A DNA stretch of 64,000 bases from a virus (Duplodnaviria > Caudoviricetes), in the IMG/VR virus record IMGVR_UViG_3300049979_000170, positions 11,027 through 75,026 of that record. One strand, given 5' to 3'. Below, one piece after another: positions 17,171-26,287 of this stretch. The position numbers and the translations under genes were made by a program. The notes under the pieces were generated by a model. It had not been told where the DNA came from. It did no database searches and saw only the letters and a list, made by a program, of their open reading frames with translations. The stretch's first letter is position 1; each line of letters begins with the position of its first letter.

Positions 17171-17436
17171 TGGCAGCGATCGTGAGAGATCAGGGGAAGT
17201 TAGGCCCCGGTGCAATCCCGGTCTGGTTCGACTGTTTGAGCCGAGTGGTGTGCCCGATCGACGAGATGATCACTCCAATGGGCAGCATACTGAGTTGGTG
17301 TGTAGATAATTTAGACGGACTTGTTTATTTTGAACTCGATCCCTTCTCCAATAATGATGAACACTATGGGACCAAATACGTCTTGTGGTTCTCTGACGAA
17401 AATGCGGCGTTTGCGTTCAAGATGAGGTGGAAATAA
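17170..17436 (+). CDS. RW-motif family small protein
   Basis: Ends LWFSDENAAFAFKMRWK. Confidence 0.75.
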   Translation: MAAIVRDQGKLGPGAIPVWFDCLSRVVCPIDEMITPMGSILSWCVDNLDGLVYFELDPFSNNDEHYGTKYVLWFSDENAAFAFKMRWK

Positions 17437-17762
17437 TGTCGAATAAAAGTATGAGGAGATTTAGCGGATTTATCGGCGAGAAAAAGCTCTCTAAGTTATC
17501 GAGGAAAACCGATTTTACATCGGTAACTCTTTACCACGACCTCAAGAATCCGAAAAAGAGTCCGATTCCGGAGATTGAAGATTGGTGCAGGACATACGCG
17601 GTTGGCCGTATCTGTTATCAGGTGTTTGAGAATTGGGAACCGTATGCGGTATACACACCGGATGGTTCTCAACGGACTGAATACCGAATAACCGGCCATC
17701 GTCATTGTGTGACATTCGAGAATTCGAATGTGGCATTTGCGTTTAAGATGCAATGGGCCTGA
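17436..17762 (+). CDS. RW-motif family protein
   Basis: Ends VTFENSNVAFAFKMQWA. Confidence 0.75.
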   Translation: MSNKSMRRFSGFIGEKKLSKLSRKTDFTSVTLYHDLKNPKKSPIPEIEDWCRTYAVGRICYQVFENWEPYAVYTPDGSQRTEYRITGHRHCVTFENSNVAFAFKMQWA

Positions 17763-18214
17763 TGGGTTGGCTGAAGCGGGCTTGGGAATGGCTCCCGCGC
17801 ATCACGATCCAAAAGAAGCCGTTGTCGCCGGGAAGTCCATCCATTCTGAGGCGGCGAGCGGCCGAGGCCGCCGCGATGCTCAAGGCCGGTTGCTGGCTCG
17901 ATCGCGCATCCTACGACGCCCGTGGCCTGCATGTCCCTCTTACGGTGGTGAAGATTCATCGCCGCCAAGAGGATGGATTGCTGATCCCCGACTTCATCTC
18001 GCTGATCGCCTGGACCGGGGAAAACGTAGAGGGGGAAATCGTCTACGAGGTCATTGACGAGCATGTCGAGGCGGGCAGCAGCACGATACGTGTCCCTCAC
18101 AACGGCGGACTTCATACTATCCGAACACCCCGTTATGTCCGGATCGGGTGCTGGCATTCGTTCTCGTTCACCAATCCGGATTCGGCGTTCGCGTTCAAGA
18201 TGCGGTGGGCTTGA
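17762..18214 (+). CDS. RW-motif family protein with an extended N-terminus
   Basis: Ends FSFTNPDSAFAFKMRWA. Confidence 0.75.
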   Translation: MGWLKRAWEWLPRITIQKKPLSPGSPSILRRRAAEAAAMLKAGCWLDRASYDARGLHVPLTVVKIHRRQEDGLLIPDFISLIAWTGENVEGEIVYEVIDEHVEAGSSTIRVPHNGGLHTIRTPRYVRIGCWHSFSFTNPDSAFAFKMRWA

Positions 18215-18264
18215 TTTATTATAGAATACGCGTACATTAGGGGGATCAGCGCAGGAGATTCCCG

Positions 18265-18681
18265 ATGTCCAGTGTTCCCGAGTTCATCGCCCGCCGCGTC
18301 TCCAGCCGGATTTACCCCGGTGGGTTCTACTGGTCGCTGCGCCTCCGTCCGATTCACCCGACCTCGCATTTCGAGTGGGCTCAGCTTGCCTGGATCAACG
18401 GAGAGTGGCGCGCTTGGGGCGACGACGAGGACATGGGTCGGGTCCTGCGGGCGAGCCTGTATGATGTCCGTCGCGGCACCCTGGAACAGGCTCTGGCGGC
18501 ATGCCGCACCGCCTACATGCGGTACTGGCACACCGAGACGCCCCCGACAGAGCTTGACGACGAGAACGCCGCGATGTCCGCCGAGGAGGCGCGTCACGAC
18601 TATGAACTCCGCATGGAAGGCCATTTCGATGCAACCGGTCCGGGACAGGATTGGGATGCCAATCACGGGTTCGATTGCTGA
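18265..18681 (+). CDS. hypothetical protein
   Basis: ATG with AGGAG RBS. Confidence 0.6.
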   Translation: MSSVPEFIARRVSSRIYPGGFYWSLRLRPIHPTSHFEWAQLAWINGEWRAWGDDEDMGRVLRASLYDVRRGTLEQALAACRTAYMRYWHTETPPTELDDENAAMSAEEARHDYELRMEGHFDATGPGQDWDANHGFDC

Positions 18682-18692
18682 TGAGGTGGCGC

Positions 18693-19103
18693 ATGGATAA
18701 AAAACAGATACTGGCCGCCCGTAAGGCGGCCTTGGACGCGAAGGCTGCACCGAAACCTACGATCATCCACGTTAAGGCGGGATTGTTCTGGCGCGGGGTT
18801 GATCTTGAAACGCTTCCGTTCTTTCAGGAGATCAGATCGGATGATTACGTGGTCCTCGATCACCATTCCTCTGAGATTCATCGGTGGTGTCTTGCAAATG
18901 ACCTATTGATTGCGGTCGATTCCGTTAACAAAAAGCAGCGCATTCTCGCCGAAGCAAGGCGACGGTGGAGCCTCGGGCAAATCACAGCGAATGATGTCGA
19001 GCATGAATTCGTTCTCGCTCAGCGGATGTATCCTAACTCGGGATGGTTCATTCGATTCCGTCAAGAAGGTGCCGACATGGCCTTAAAGATGCGATGGTTT
19101 TAG
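18693..19103 (+). CDS. RW-motif family protein (divergent)
   Basis: GAGGTG RBS; ends IRFRQEGADMALKMRWF. Confidence 0.7.
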   Translation: MDKKQILAARKAALDAKAAPKPTIIHVKAGLFWRGVDLETLPFFQEIRSDDYVVLDHHSSEIHRWCLANDLLIAVDSVNKKQRILAEARRRWSLGQITANDVEHEFVLAQRMYPNSGWFIRFRQEGADMALKMRWF

Positions 19104-19226
19104 GGAACCTCGGTCGCAACCAATACGTTTTTGCCCGTGCCTGATCTCAAGCATCCGGCACAACAGGGACTCTCGCCGCTCATCCAAGCTCCCCCTCAAG
19201 CCTGAGCGTGCGAGAGTCCTTTCTTT

Positions 19227-20603
19227 TTAGAGCGTTAGGCGCCAATAGCCGGGTGGGTATACCCCCTCGATCGTCTTGACCCAATCCGTGCCGTTCCAGC
19301 GAAGCTGATTACCCGAGTTGGTATTCAGGACGAAGTCGGCGGTCGTTGAACCGTGGACGGGTGAGAACACCACGGTCCAGGCGCCGGACCGATACTCGAT
19401 AATGTCGTTGTGCTTTGCCGTCAGGGCGCCCCAGGCTTGGCTTGGGCCAAGGTCGTGTAGGATGAGATAGCGCTGGCCGTTGACCTGCCCTGGCAGGCCC
19501 TTTCCGGGATAGGTTCGGATCGGATCAATGACGCCGTCAATCGTCCCCTGGGAGTTTGCCGGGAGCGTATCCAGATCGACCTGCCAATGGATGATGTTGG
19601 GATTCGTCGCATCGTACTGAAGCGTCCCGATGATGTCGTGGCTCCAATCATCGATCTGGTCCGGGCTCGTCTTCAGGTGAATCTTTGACAGGCCGGGGCG
19701 TAGCGTCCCATAGAGGTCGATAAGCTTCTTCCACGGGAAGAAATCTCCTCCCACGTCGGTCTCCGCCCCATCGGGTCCGAGAAGGCGAATGAGCCCATCG
19801 TGCACCTCGATCAGGTTGTTGCCCGGCGTGGTGATATGCTGGAACATGAAGGTCTGATCGGTGATCGCGCCATCTTCCTCGCGACCGTCATAGACGTTCG
19901 TGATGATCTGCTCGATGATGCGCTGCTGCATGACCTTCGCGGGCGGCGAGAGCCAGAATGGGAGGCGGAACGTCAGCGTGGTCACGTCGATATCTGAATC
20001 CACGCCCACGGGGATCGAGCGGGACGACCACTGGATGTCGGTGAGTTCCATCATGGTCATGGCGGTCCAGTCCAGAGCGTTGTCTGAGTTCTGAATCTGG
20101 AAGTCCGGGTACACGACCACGAGAATCTGCTCCATGATCTGGTATTTCTGCTGCTGATTCGATGTCCAGATGTCCACGTTGACGGTCATCTCGAACGGGC
20201 GGGGCATCATGCGCTCGACCGTGTAGGAGCGACCTGGGCGGATACCGGCGGCATCCGTGTACTGTCCCGTGGCTTCGTCGAAATCACGCTCCAGTACCTG
20301 TCTGGTGTCCACGTGTCCGGTATGCTGGAGATCACCGCGTCGTCCAGCTAGACCGACATGCGCGATCGTGATCCGAGGGGCCGCCATCGCGGTGTTCTCG
20401 GAGTTGTTCCGAAGGATATGGCCCACGGTGCGATCCTGAATGGCCATCGAGCAGGGGACCACCTTTAGCTGGGGTTCAATCACGATTCCGTTCACGACGC
20501 GGCGACCGGTCATGTACTGGAACCCTGAGAACGCACGCATCATCTGCTGAAGGAATCGCTCCTGCTGATTATCGTACCAATAGTCGAGTTGCTGAAGTGC
20601 CAC
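19227..20603 (-). CDS. gp15: Tail sheath stabilizer/tail completion protein (T4 gp15-like) with a C-terminal extension
   Basis: DYWYDNQQERFLQQMMRAFSG...VPCSMA...PRPFEMTVNVDIWTSNQQQKYQIMEQILVVVYP pattern typical of T4-like gp15; TAAATA at 20631-20636. Confidence 0.65.
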   Translation of the reverse strand: MALQQLDYWYDNQQERFLQQMMRAFSGFQYMTGRRVVNGIVIEPQLKVVPCSMAIQDRTVGHILRNNSENTAMAAPRITIAHVGLAGRRGDLQHTGHVDTRQVLERDFDEATGQYTDAAGIRPGRSYTVERMMPRPFEMTVNVDIWTSNQQQKYQIMEQILVVVYPDFQIQNSDNALDWTAMTMMELTDIQWSSRSIPVGVDSDIDVTTLTFRLPFWLSPPAKVMQQRIIEQIITNVYDGREEDGAITDQTFMFQHITTPGNNLIEVHDGLIRLLGPDGAETDVGGDFFPWKKLIDLYGTLRPGLSKIHLKTSPDQIDDWSHDIIGTLQYDATNPNIIHWQVDLDTLPANSQGTIDGVIDPIRTYPGKGLPGQVNGQRYLILHDLGPSQAWGALTAKHNDIIEYRSGAWTVVFSPVHGSTTADFVLNTNSGNQLRWNGTDWVKTIEGVYPPGYWRLTL

Positions 20604-20690
20604 TTTTAAATCCTCGTTCGGTTATGTGCTTATTTATTGACGCAAACGAGGCGTGATCCTTAATTGGACTGGTTGATTAAGGAATTTTTC

Positions 20691-21383
20691 ATGTCTTTCG
20701 GAATCAGAGTGAGCAATTCAGGTATAACGGTTGGCGCGGCTGTTAGTGTGAAGTCCGCCAAAGCATCGTCAGGCAGTTGGAATCATCATGCTCCGGCCCC
20801 GGCTATCTCTCTGTCGGGCACGCTTGGCAAGAAGGTTCAAAACCGAGTGAAGGCGCTCAAGCGCTCTAAGGTGAAGGCGGGTGGGGTCGGTGAGCCGATC
20901 CAGACGGTGATTCCGGCGGGCTTTGCCTTCATCATGCTGGTTGGTGAGACCATGGAGACCGCGAACTGGCAGTTCGTGACGTTTGAGTACGGGCGCACCC
21001 TTGGTACATCGACGCAGCCCTTCATGGTGTTCAAGGAGATCACCAACGAGATGCACCGATTCTGGAAGCGCGTCGTCATCGACGGGTCTTTCCAGGCGAA
21101 CGAGCGCGGCATGTGGATGCGTTCGATGAAGCTGGTTGAGGTCCATCAGTCGGCCAAGGACGTGACCGAACGGCTGTTCGGCGAGGAGGAGGCGTTCAAG
21201 GATTCGATGCGGCTCGGCGCAATGGCCAAGCTCTCTCCCCAGGAGGCGAAGCTGCTCGGCCTAGAGACGGAATACACGATGCTCCGGCTTATCCAGACCG
21301 GACCCCGCGAAACGGAGGATGACAACCTCGCCAGCACACTTCGGGACTCACTATGCGCGCTTGGACTTGATAAATCCATTTGA
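20691..21383 (+). CDS. hypothetical protein
   Basis: AAGGA RBS; TTGACG-N16-CTTAAT promoter at 20637-20664. Confidence 0.65.
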   Translation: MSFGIRVSNSGITVGAAVSVKSAKASSGSWNHHAPAPAISLSGTLGKKVQNRVKALKRSKVKAGGVGEPIQTVIPAGFAFIMLVGETMETANWQFVTFEYGRTLGTSTQPFMVFKEITNEMHRFWKRVVIDGSFQANERGMWMRSMKLVEVHQSAKDVTERLFGEEEAFKDSMRLGAMAKLSPQEAKLLGLETEYTMLRLIQTGPRETEDDNLASTLRDSLCALGLDKSI

Positions 21384-21407
21384 CGGTCTCTCGATTCGGT
21401 GTATAGT
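21380..21407 (+). promoter_or_regulatory. sigma70-like early promoter TTGACG-N16-TATAGT
   Basis: Direct match upstream of the GGGAG RBS of the 21428 ORF. Confidence 0.65.
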
Positions 21408-21427
21408 AATGGCATCAGCAACGGGAG

Positions 21428-21907
21428 ATGCACATGCTCGCAAAGGATCAGCCCCTCAGCGCTCAGTCGGATGCCGCCAAGGCGTATCTGCCGCTGATCA
21501 CTAACGGCAAGGGGCTGATCCGGGCATCGAAGCCCAAGGATGGCAACGCTGCCTACGTCTGGCGGATGGTGGCGTTCTCGGTGTCCACGGACCGTCGTCA
21601 GCAGTGCATGCCGATGACGGCGGATTTCGGCGTCACCGTTCCCGAGGACTGGCGGGTGAACGCTCCGGCGGATTGGATCGAGGCGCGGGTCGCGAGCACC
21701 TACGAGCGGCCGGACGACGTGGCATTCTGCCAGCGGCAGAACGGTTCGGTCCGCGCCTATCACGTTGCCCAATGGGAGAAGTACGATCGTCGCCGCGCCT
21801 ACATCAAGGACGTGCTCGACCCGATCGTGAAAGAGATCGTGGACAGCGTCCATGTGACGAAGCAAGCTGGCACGATGCGTTGGGCTCGCGCGTTCGGAGT
21901 TGCATAA
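21428..21907 (+). CDS. early hypothetical protein
   Basis: ORF following a promoter and RBS. Confidence 0.65.
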   Translation: MHMLAKDQPLSAQSDAAKAYLPLITNGKGLIRASKPKDGNAAYVWRMVAFSVSTDRRQQCMPMTADFGVTVPEDWRVNAPADWIEARVASTYERPDDVAFCQRQNGSVRAYHVAQWEKYDRRRAYIKDVLDPIVKEIVDSVHVTKQAGTMRWARAFGVA

Positions 21908-21916
21908 TTGTTTCAC

Positions 21917-22069
21917 ATGACGGTCGAGACGTACTTCATGTTCGTCCTGCCAGGGATGATCCTGGCCTTATCAATGACCATGGTTGGGATCATGCAATTC
22001 CAACTTTGGTTGCGACGCCGTCGCAAGCGCTACCTGAAAAAGCAAAACATGGATGGTGACGGAATCTAA
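21917..22069 (+). CDS. small membrane protein (50 aa)
   Basis: MTVETYFMFVLPGMILALSMTMVGIMQFQLWLRRRRKR: a TM segment with a basic cytoplasmic tail. Confidence 0.5.
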   Translation: MTVETYFMFVLPGMILALSMTMVGIMQFQLWLRRRRKRYLKKQNMDGDGI

Positions 22070-22091
22070 GTAGTTCGCTATCGAGGCACCC

Positions 22092-22322
22092 ATGCAGGAG
22101 GAACCCATGCGCAAGGCATTCATCGTTTTCGAAGAGTCGTGGACCGGTCGGCAGTCCGCCCATATCGTGTGGGACGAGGTGAATGCCCCGATGGAGTCGA
22201 AACTCTCACGGCAGATCGGCCCGGCGATCGAACTCACCGGACAGCTTCTCGAACTGGCCAATGGAACCCGTGAGAACCGGATCAGCCTGATCGTCGCGGG
22301 CCTGTCGAGAAACGCCGCCTAA
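22092..22322 (+). CDS. hypothetical protein
   Basis: Short ORF; GGAGG RBS near the second Met. Confidence 0.5.
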   Translation: MQEEPMRKAFIVFEESWTGRQSAHIVWDEVNAPMESKLSRQIGPAIELTGQLLELANGTRENRISLIVAGLSRNAA

Positions 22323-22396
22323 TTGGCTCTCTGCGGCGCCAGCGCCTAAATACTCCTGCCCCCTCCCAGGGGGATGGTTGCACTCTTCCCGCGATT

Positions 22397-22432
22397 ACGG
22401 CCCCCGTGAGACATCTCCGGGGGCCGTTTTCG
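22397..22432 (+). terminator. Rho-independent terminator
   Basis: ACGGCCCCCG...CGGGGGCCGT stem followed by TTT. Confidence 0.6.
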
Positions 22433-22433
22433 T

Positions 22434-22910
22434 TCAGGGGACGATCTCGAACTTCAGATCGAAATTGGTCGTGTAGTAGACCTGCTCGCCCGCACAGAAC
22501 GACACGGTCTTGCGGACGAACCGGTATACCCCCGGTGTGATCCCCTGGGGGAGGATAAGAGATTCGGAAATCTCAAACGTGTCCGCGCGCACCCAGGTGA
22601 GATAGGATTCTCCGCGATAGAGAATCTTGGTCTGCTCGTTCACGAACACGTTCGACGTGGTGGTGTGGCAGGACTGATTCTTACGGAAGTTCTCGTGCGT
22701 GAAGACGGGCTCCAGCATCTTGAAGGTGCTTTTGCGGACTCCGTTCACGTCGTGCAGGTAGGCGGGCTCGATCTGCTCATGCGCGGAGACGGACGTTTTC
22801 GCACGAAGTGATCCGGCCGAACGTTGGGCGATGTCCACGAGGTAAAGGATGCTCACGACAACCGCGAACACCAGGGCGATAACGCTTAGAATCTTTTTAA
22901 ACTTAGTCAA
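22434..22910 (-). CDS. N-terminally anchored membrane/periplasmic protein
   Basis: KKILSVIALVFAVVVSILYLV TM segment followed by a beta-rich domain with two Cys. Confidence 0.6.
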   Translation of the reverse strand: MTKFKKILSVIALVFAVVVSILYLVDIAQRSAGSLRAKTSVSAHEQIEPAYLHDVNGVRKSTFKMLEPVFTHENFRKNQSCHTTTSNVFVNEQTKILYRGESYLTWVRADTFEISESLILPQGITPGVYRFVRKTVSFCAGEQVYYTTNFDLKFEIVP

Positions 22911-22980
22911 GATATTTCCCCTTTTAACAACAAAGAATCAACGTTTTCATGAACCATAAGTTCATTTTTTTAATATTGCG

Positions 22981-23826
22981 ATGGAAATCTCGGCTGGTTA
23001 TGGTTGGCACATATTCCATTCAAGGATTTTATCAGTGCTTTCAGTCGAACAACTCAAGGGCGTCCACATTGCTGTAGCTACGCCGTGCTATGGTGGGCAG
23101 GTATTTCAGAATTACTTCATGAGTATTCTGAAACTCGTGTTCAATGCGCACTCGAACAACGTTGCGCTGAGCTTCCTCATCCGTGGTGGCGATTCGCTGA
23201 TCCCGCGAATCCGCAACTCGATGGTGGCGGAATTCCTTGCGACAGACCACTACACCCACCTGCTCTGGATCGACGCCGATCTTGGATTCGAGCCCGAGGC
23301 GGTGTTCCGTCTGATTAAGGCGGATCGCGATGTCGCGGCTGGCGTCTACCCGATGAAGACCCAGGCATGGCCGGACAAGATTCCCGAGGGCATGACCAAG
23401 AAGGATTTCGAGGCCAAGTATGGTCGCTATCCGTTCAACCCGATTGGCGGCAAGGTCAAGATCGATGAGGACGGCTTCATTGAAGTACTTGACGCGCCGA
23501 CCGGTCTGATGCTGATCAAGCGGGAAGCGCTCCTGCGGATGGTCGAAGCCTATCCTGACCATAAGATCATCGCCGACCATATGCCGGGCCTGGAGCATAT
23601 CGCTGAGAAGATCGAGAAATTTAACTATCGCCTCTTCGACGTGATGACAGAACCGAACGGTCGATACCTCTCTGAGGATTATGCGTTCTGTCGCCGCTGG
23701 CAGGCGATCGGTGGACGCATCTTCGTGGATGCGGCCTCGAACATGACCCACCAGGGCGGTATGCTGTACGGGGGCAACTTCCTAGAACACATTCGGGTGA
23801 CATATGCGAAGCCGCCGGTCGGCTAA
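22981..23826 (+). CDS. GT-A fold glycosyltransferase (family 2-like)
   Basis: IAVATPCYGG...LLWIDADLGF (DxD)...TGLMLIKR...SEDYAFCRRW motifs. Confidence 0.75.
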   Translation: MEISAGYGWHIFHSRILSVLSVEQLKGVHIAVATPCYGGQVFQNYFMSILKLVFNAHSNNVALSFLIRGGDSLIPRIRNSMVAEFLATDHYTHLLWIDADLGFEPEAVFRLIKADRDVAAGVYPMKTQAWPDKIPEGMTKKDFEAKYGRYPFNPIGGKVKIDEDGFIEVLDAPTGLMLIKREALLRMVEAYPDHKIIADHMPGLEHIAEKIEKFNYRLFDVMTEPNGRYLSEDYAFCRRWQAIGGRIFVDAASNMTHQGGMLYGGNFLEHIRVTYAKPPVG

Positions 23827-24070
23827 AATTTCGTGTGGCGATACGGCGATCTCCCTAAGGGAGCGCCGATCCCTGTTGAGCCAGACCTCTAAATCATACG
23901 AGTTCAGTTCCGACGTGCTCGAATGGATCAGAGGGACAGGTCTCGGTCGGTATACGATCGGAACCGAGTTCGAGGATGTGGAGCATGCGCCTGGATACGT
24001 CCTGGCGTACCCGGTGGCGCACTTCGAATCTCCCAGCGACGCATTGGCGTTCAAGATGAGATGGCTATGA
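23804..24070 (+). CDS. RW-motif family small protein
   Basis: Ends AHFESPSDALAFKMRWL; start uncertain. Confidence 0.7.
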   Translation: MRSRRSAKISCGDTAISLRERRSLLSQTSKSYEFSSDVLEWIRGTGLGRYTIGTEFEDVEHAPGYVLAYPVAHFESPSDALAFKMRWL

Positions 24071-24342
24071 CGGCGATTCCCCTGGATTGGAACACGCACA
24101 AACATCTACTCTGGGGACGTAAGCCAGTCTTTGCGACACCGAATGGCCTGATCGGCGGGGGATGGGAGGTACCACGGTTCATTGAGGAATGGCGCCGGGA
24201 GGCTGGGATCGGGCCGATCGAGTTTCGAATGCGAACCGGTGACTCTGAAGTGATCACGTTCGAGGTGTTTCATCGGAAAGAGGCCGAGGCGGTATTCTGT
24301 TCAGAAAATGATGCATTTATGTTTAAAATGAAATGGCTATGA
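24067..24342 (+). CDS. RW-motif family small protein
   Basis: Ends AVFCSENDAFMFKMKWL. Confidence 0.75.
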   Translation: MTAIPLDWNTHKHLLWGRKPVFATPNGLIGGGWEVPRFIEEWRREAGIGPIEFRMRTGDSEVITFEVFHRKEAEAVFCSENDAFMFKMKWL

Positions 24343-24502
24343 AAGATACTCCTCAGATTTCGGATAACAGCAAGAAGATCGCCAGCCTCATTGTTTTATG
24401 GCTGCTCGTGGCGGGATCGTGGAAGTCGATCGAGGTTATTGCCACTTTGTTCAAGTGGGTATTCCATTAACGAAAAAGGCCGCCCAATGGGCGGCCTTTG
24501 TC

Positions 24503-25066
24503 TTAGGAGAACCAGCCCTTCTTGACTGGTGCGGCGAAGATCAACGGCATCGCTTTAGCAGCGTTCTCCGTGCGCAGGATACGATCGTCGAGACCGTTGT
24601 AGCCTCCGTTGATCCGCTTGGTGATCGAACGAATATCATCCACGTCCGCGTAAGTGGAAAGTTTACGCGAGTTCCAATACTCACAAGCAGTTAGCACTGC
24701 ATACTTGGGATCGCACGCAAGTTCAGGATTTGAAACAAGGTCAACACCGAGTCTGCTACCAAAGACTTTGTAATTTGCCTTGCCGGTTAGCTGAAAAATT
24801 CCGCGACCCTTGTACCGGACTCCATCTCCGGCAGACAGGTTACCGAGGTCTTTACGGCCTTCATAGGCGCGCCCTGAGGCATACTCAGTTAGCGTGGCGA
24901 ATCCATCAGTTTCGTGTGACGCCTGTCCGAGGAAGTGCTTCACACGCAGAGGGGTGTTGATCTCGTACTTCTCCAGAGCGTCGGCCATAAATCCGGCGAG
25001 ACCGTCGATGACCGACTTCTTGCCACGAGGGGCGACCTTTAAAAGAATTTCCGATGTAATGATCAT
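24503..25066 (-). CDS. Glycoside hydrolase family 19 endolysin
   Basis: HFLGQASHETDGF..LTE...YKGRGIFQLTGKANY...ITKRINGGYNGLDDR GH19 motifs; TAAATA at 25092-25097. Confidence 0.88.
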   Translation of the reverse strand: MIITSEILLKVAPRGKKSVIDGLAGFMADALEKYEINTPLRVKHFLGQASHETDGFATLTEYASGRAYEGRKDLGNLSAGDGVRYKGRGIFQLTGKANYKVFGSRLGVDLVSNPELACDPKYAVLTACEYWNSRKLSTYADVDDIRSITKRINGGYNGLDDRILRTENAAKAMPLIFAAPVKKGWFS

Positions 25067-25148
25067 GAAATAACTCCACAATGAGCAGAGTTATTTACGG
25101 CTACTTACATTCGAATTATCCGCTGGTTAACCATCCTCCTGAGAAGCC

Positions 25149-25176
25149 TTGACAGGCTCGCAAATCGTGCTACTTT
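25149..25176 (+). promoter_or_regulatory. sigma70-like early promoter TTGACA-N16-TACTTT
   Basis: Direct match upstream of an AAGGAG RBS. Confidence 0.6.
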
Positions 25177-25199
25177 GTCGAGAAGGAGTGGAACCAGCT

Positions 25200-25583
25200 A
25201 TGGAAGACAACGGTGGGCTTGGCCCGTCCCCAGGGAATCGGACGGTCATCGCACGCATGTATGCGGCGCAGGTGACAACGGACGATCGCGGTGGTCGCGG
25301 CGACATGATCGGCATTTACGAGAAAGAAGCCGATGCCACGACGGCCTCCAAAGGCCGAGGCTGGTATGGAGGCGATGCGGATGTCTATCCGGTCAGCACG
25401 ATCACGCTGCCCTCGGGACAGACCTACCTGCTGAGAGACCCCAGCCCGATCACGGTGAACGTTGATCTGATCCAACGGAACAAGGACGTTCGTGAGCAGG
25501 CCCGACAGAAGCTCGCCGCCCTCGGGCTCACGGAAGAGGAGCGCAAACTCCTCGGTATCACCGACAGAATGATCGCGCCATGA
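25200..25583 (+). CDS. early hypothetical protein
   Basis: AAGGAG RBS; basic helical C-terminus. Confidence 0.65.
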   Translation: MEDNGGLGPSPGNRTVIARMYAAQVTTDDRGGRGDMIGIYEKEADATTASKGRGWYGGDADVYPVSTITLPSGQTYLLRDPSPITVNVDLIQRNKDVREQARQKLAALGLTEEERKLLGITDRMIAP

Positions 25584-26287
25584 TGGATACGGGATTCAAT
25601 GAGGGAAATCTGCAAGTGACAAGCGAGACTCACGCTCCGGACGACACCCCAGATGACGGCGCCGGTCGCGTTGACCGCGACGCCCTCCGACGAATGCATG
25701 CGCAGAAAATGACGCTCCGTGCGATGTCGGAAGAACTCGGGGTGTCGCGTGAGAGAGTTCGGCAGGTCATCCGGAAAATGGGGCTGAAGTCGAAGCTTCA
25801 GATGATTAAGGAGCGAAATACCGCAATCCTTGAAGAGTCCGCTTCTGGAAATGCCACGGATGAGGAACTGGCCGCCAAATACGACGTATCACCGGCAAGC
25901 ATCGCTCTAATTCGGCGGCAGCACGGCTTTGGAGCAACCGAGTATCGCTCGGAGCGACTTCTCTCTGCCATTCAGGCGGTAATGGACGGTATGTCCATTC
26001 GAATGGCCGCGTCCGAGTATGGTGTCTCTCCAGGGACCCTTGCGGGCCGCCTGGACAAGACCGGAGTGAAATCCACATACGGGCGGTGGGGCGCGCTCAA
26101 GCATCGCTACGACGTGATCCCGGAAATGCTGAGAGACGGGAAAACGTGGCATCAGATTATCGATCGGCTATCGGAGATCGAAAGGCGAAAGATTCGCTAC
26201 GAAACTCTCCGTATCTGGATCGCGAATCACCTTGTCGATATCGACATGCCCGGATCAGACGATTCGAAGGATCATTCCGCGACCTGA
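25580..26287 (+). CDS. Multi-HTH DNA-binding protein
   Basis: MTLRAMSEELGVSRERVRQVI (sigma region-4-like HTH), ELAAKYDVSPASI and MSIRMAASEYGVSPGTL. Confidence 0.7.
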   Translation: MMDTGFNEGNLQVTSETHAPDDTPDDGAGRVDRDALRRMHAQKMTLRAMSEELGVSRERVRQVIRKMGLKSKLQMIKERNTAILEESASGNATDEELAAKYDVSPASIALIRRQHGFGATEYRSERLLSAIQAVMDGMSIRMAASEYGVSPGTLAGRLDKTGVKSTYGRWGALKHRYDVIPEMLRDGKTWHQIIDRLSEIERRKIRYETLRIWIANHLVDIDMPGSDDSKDHSAT

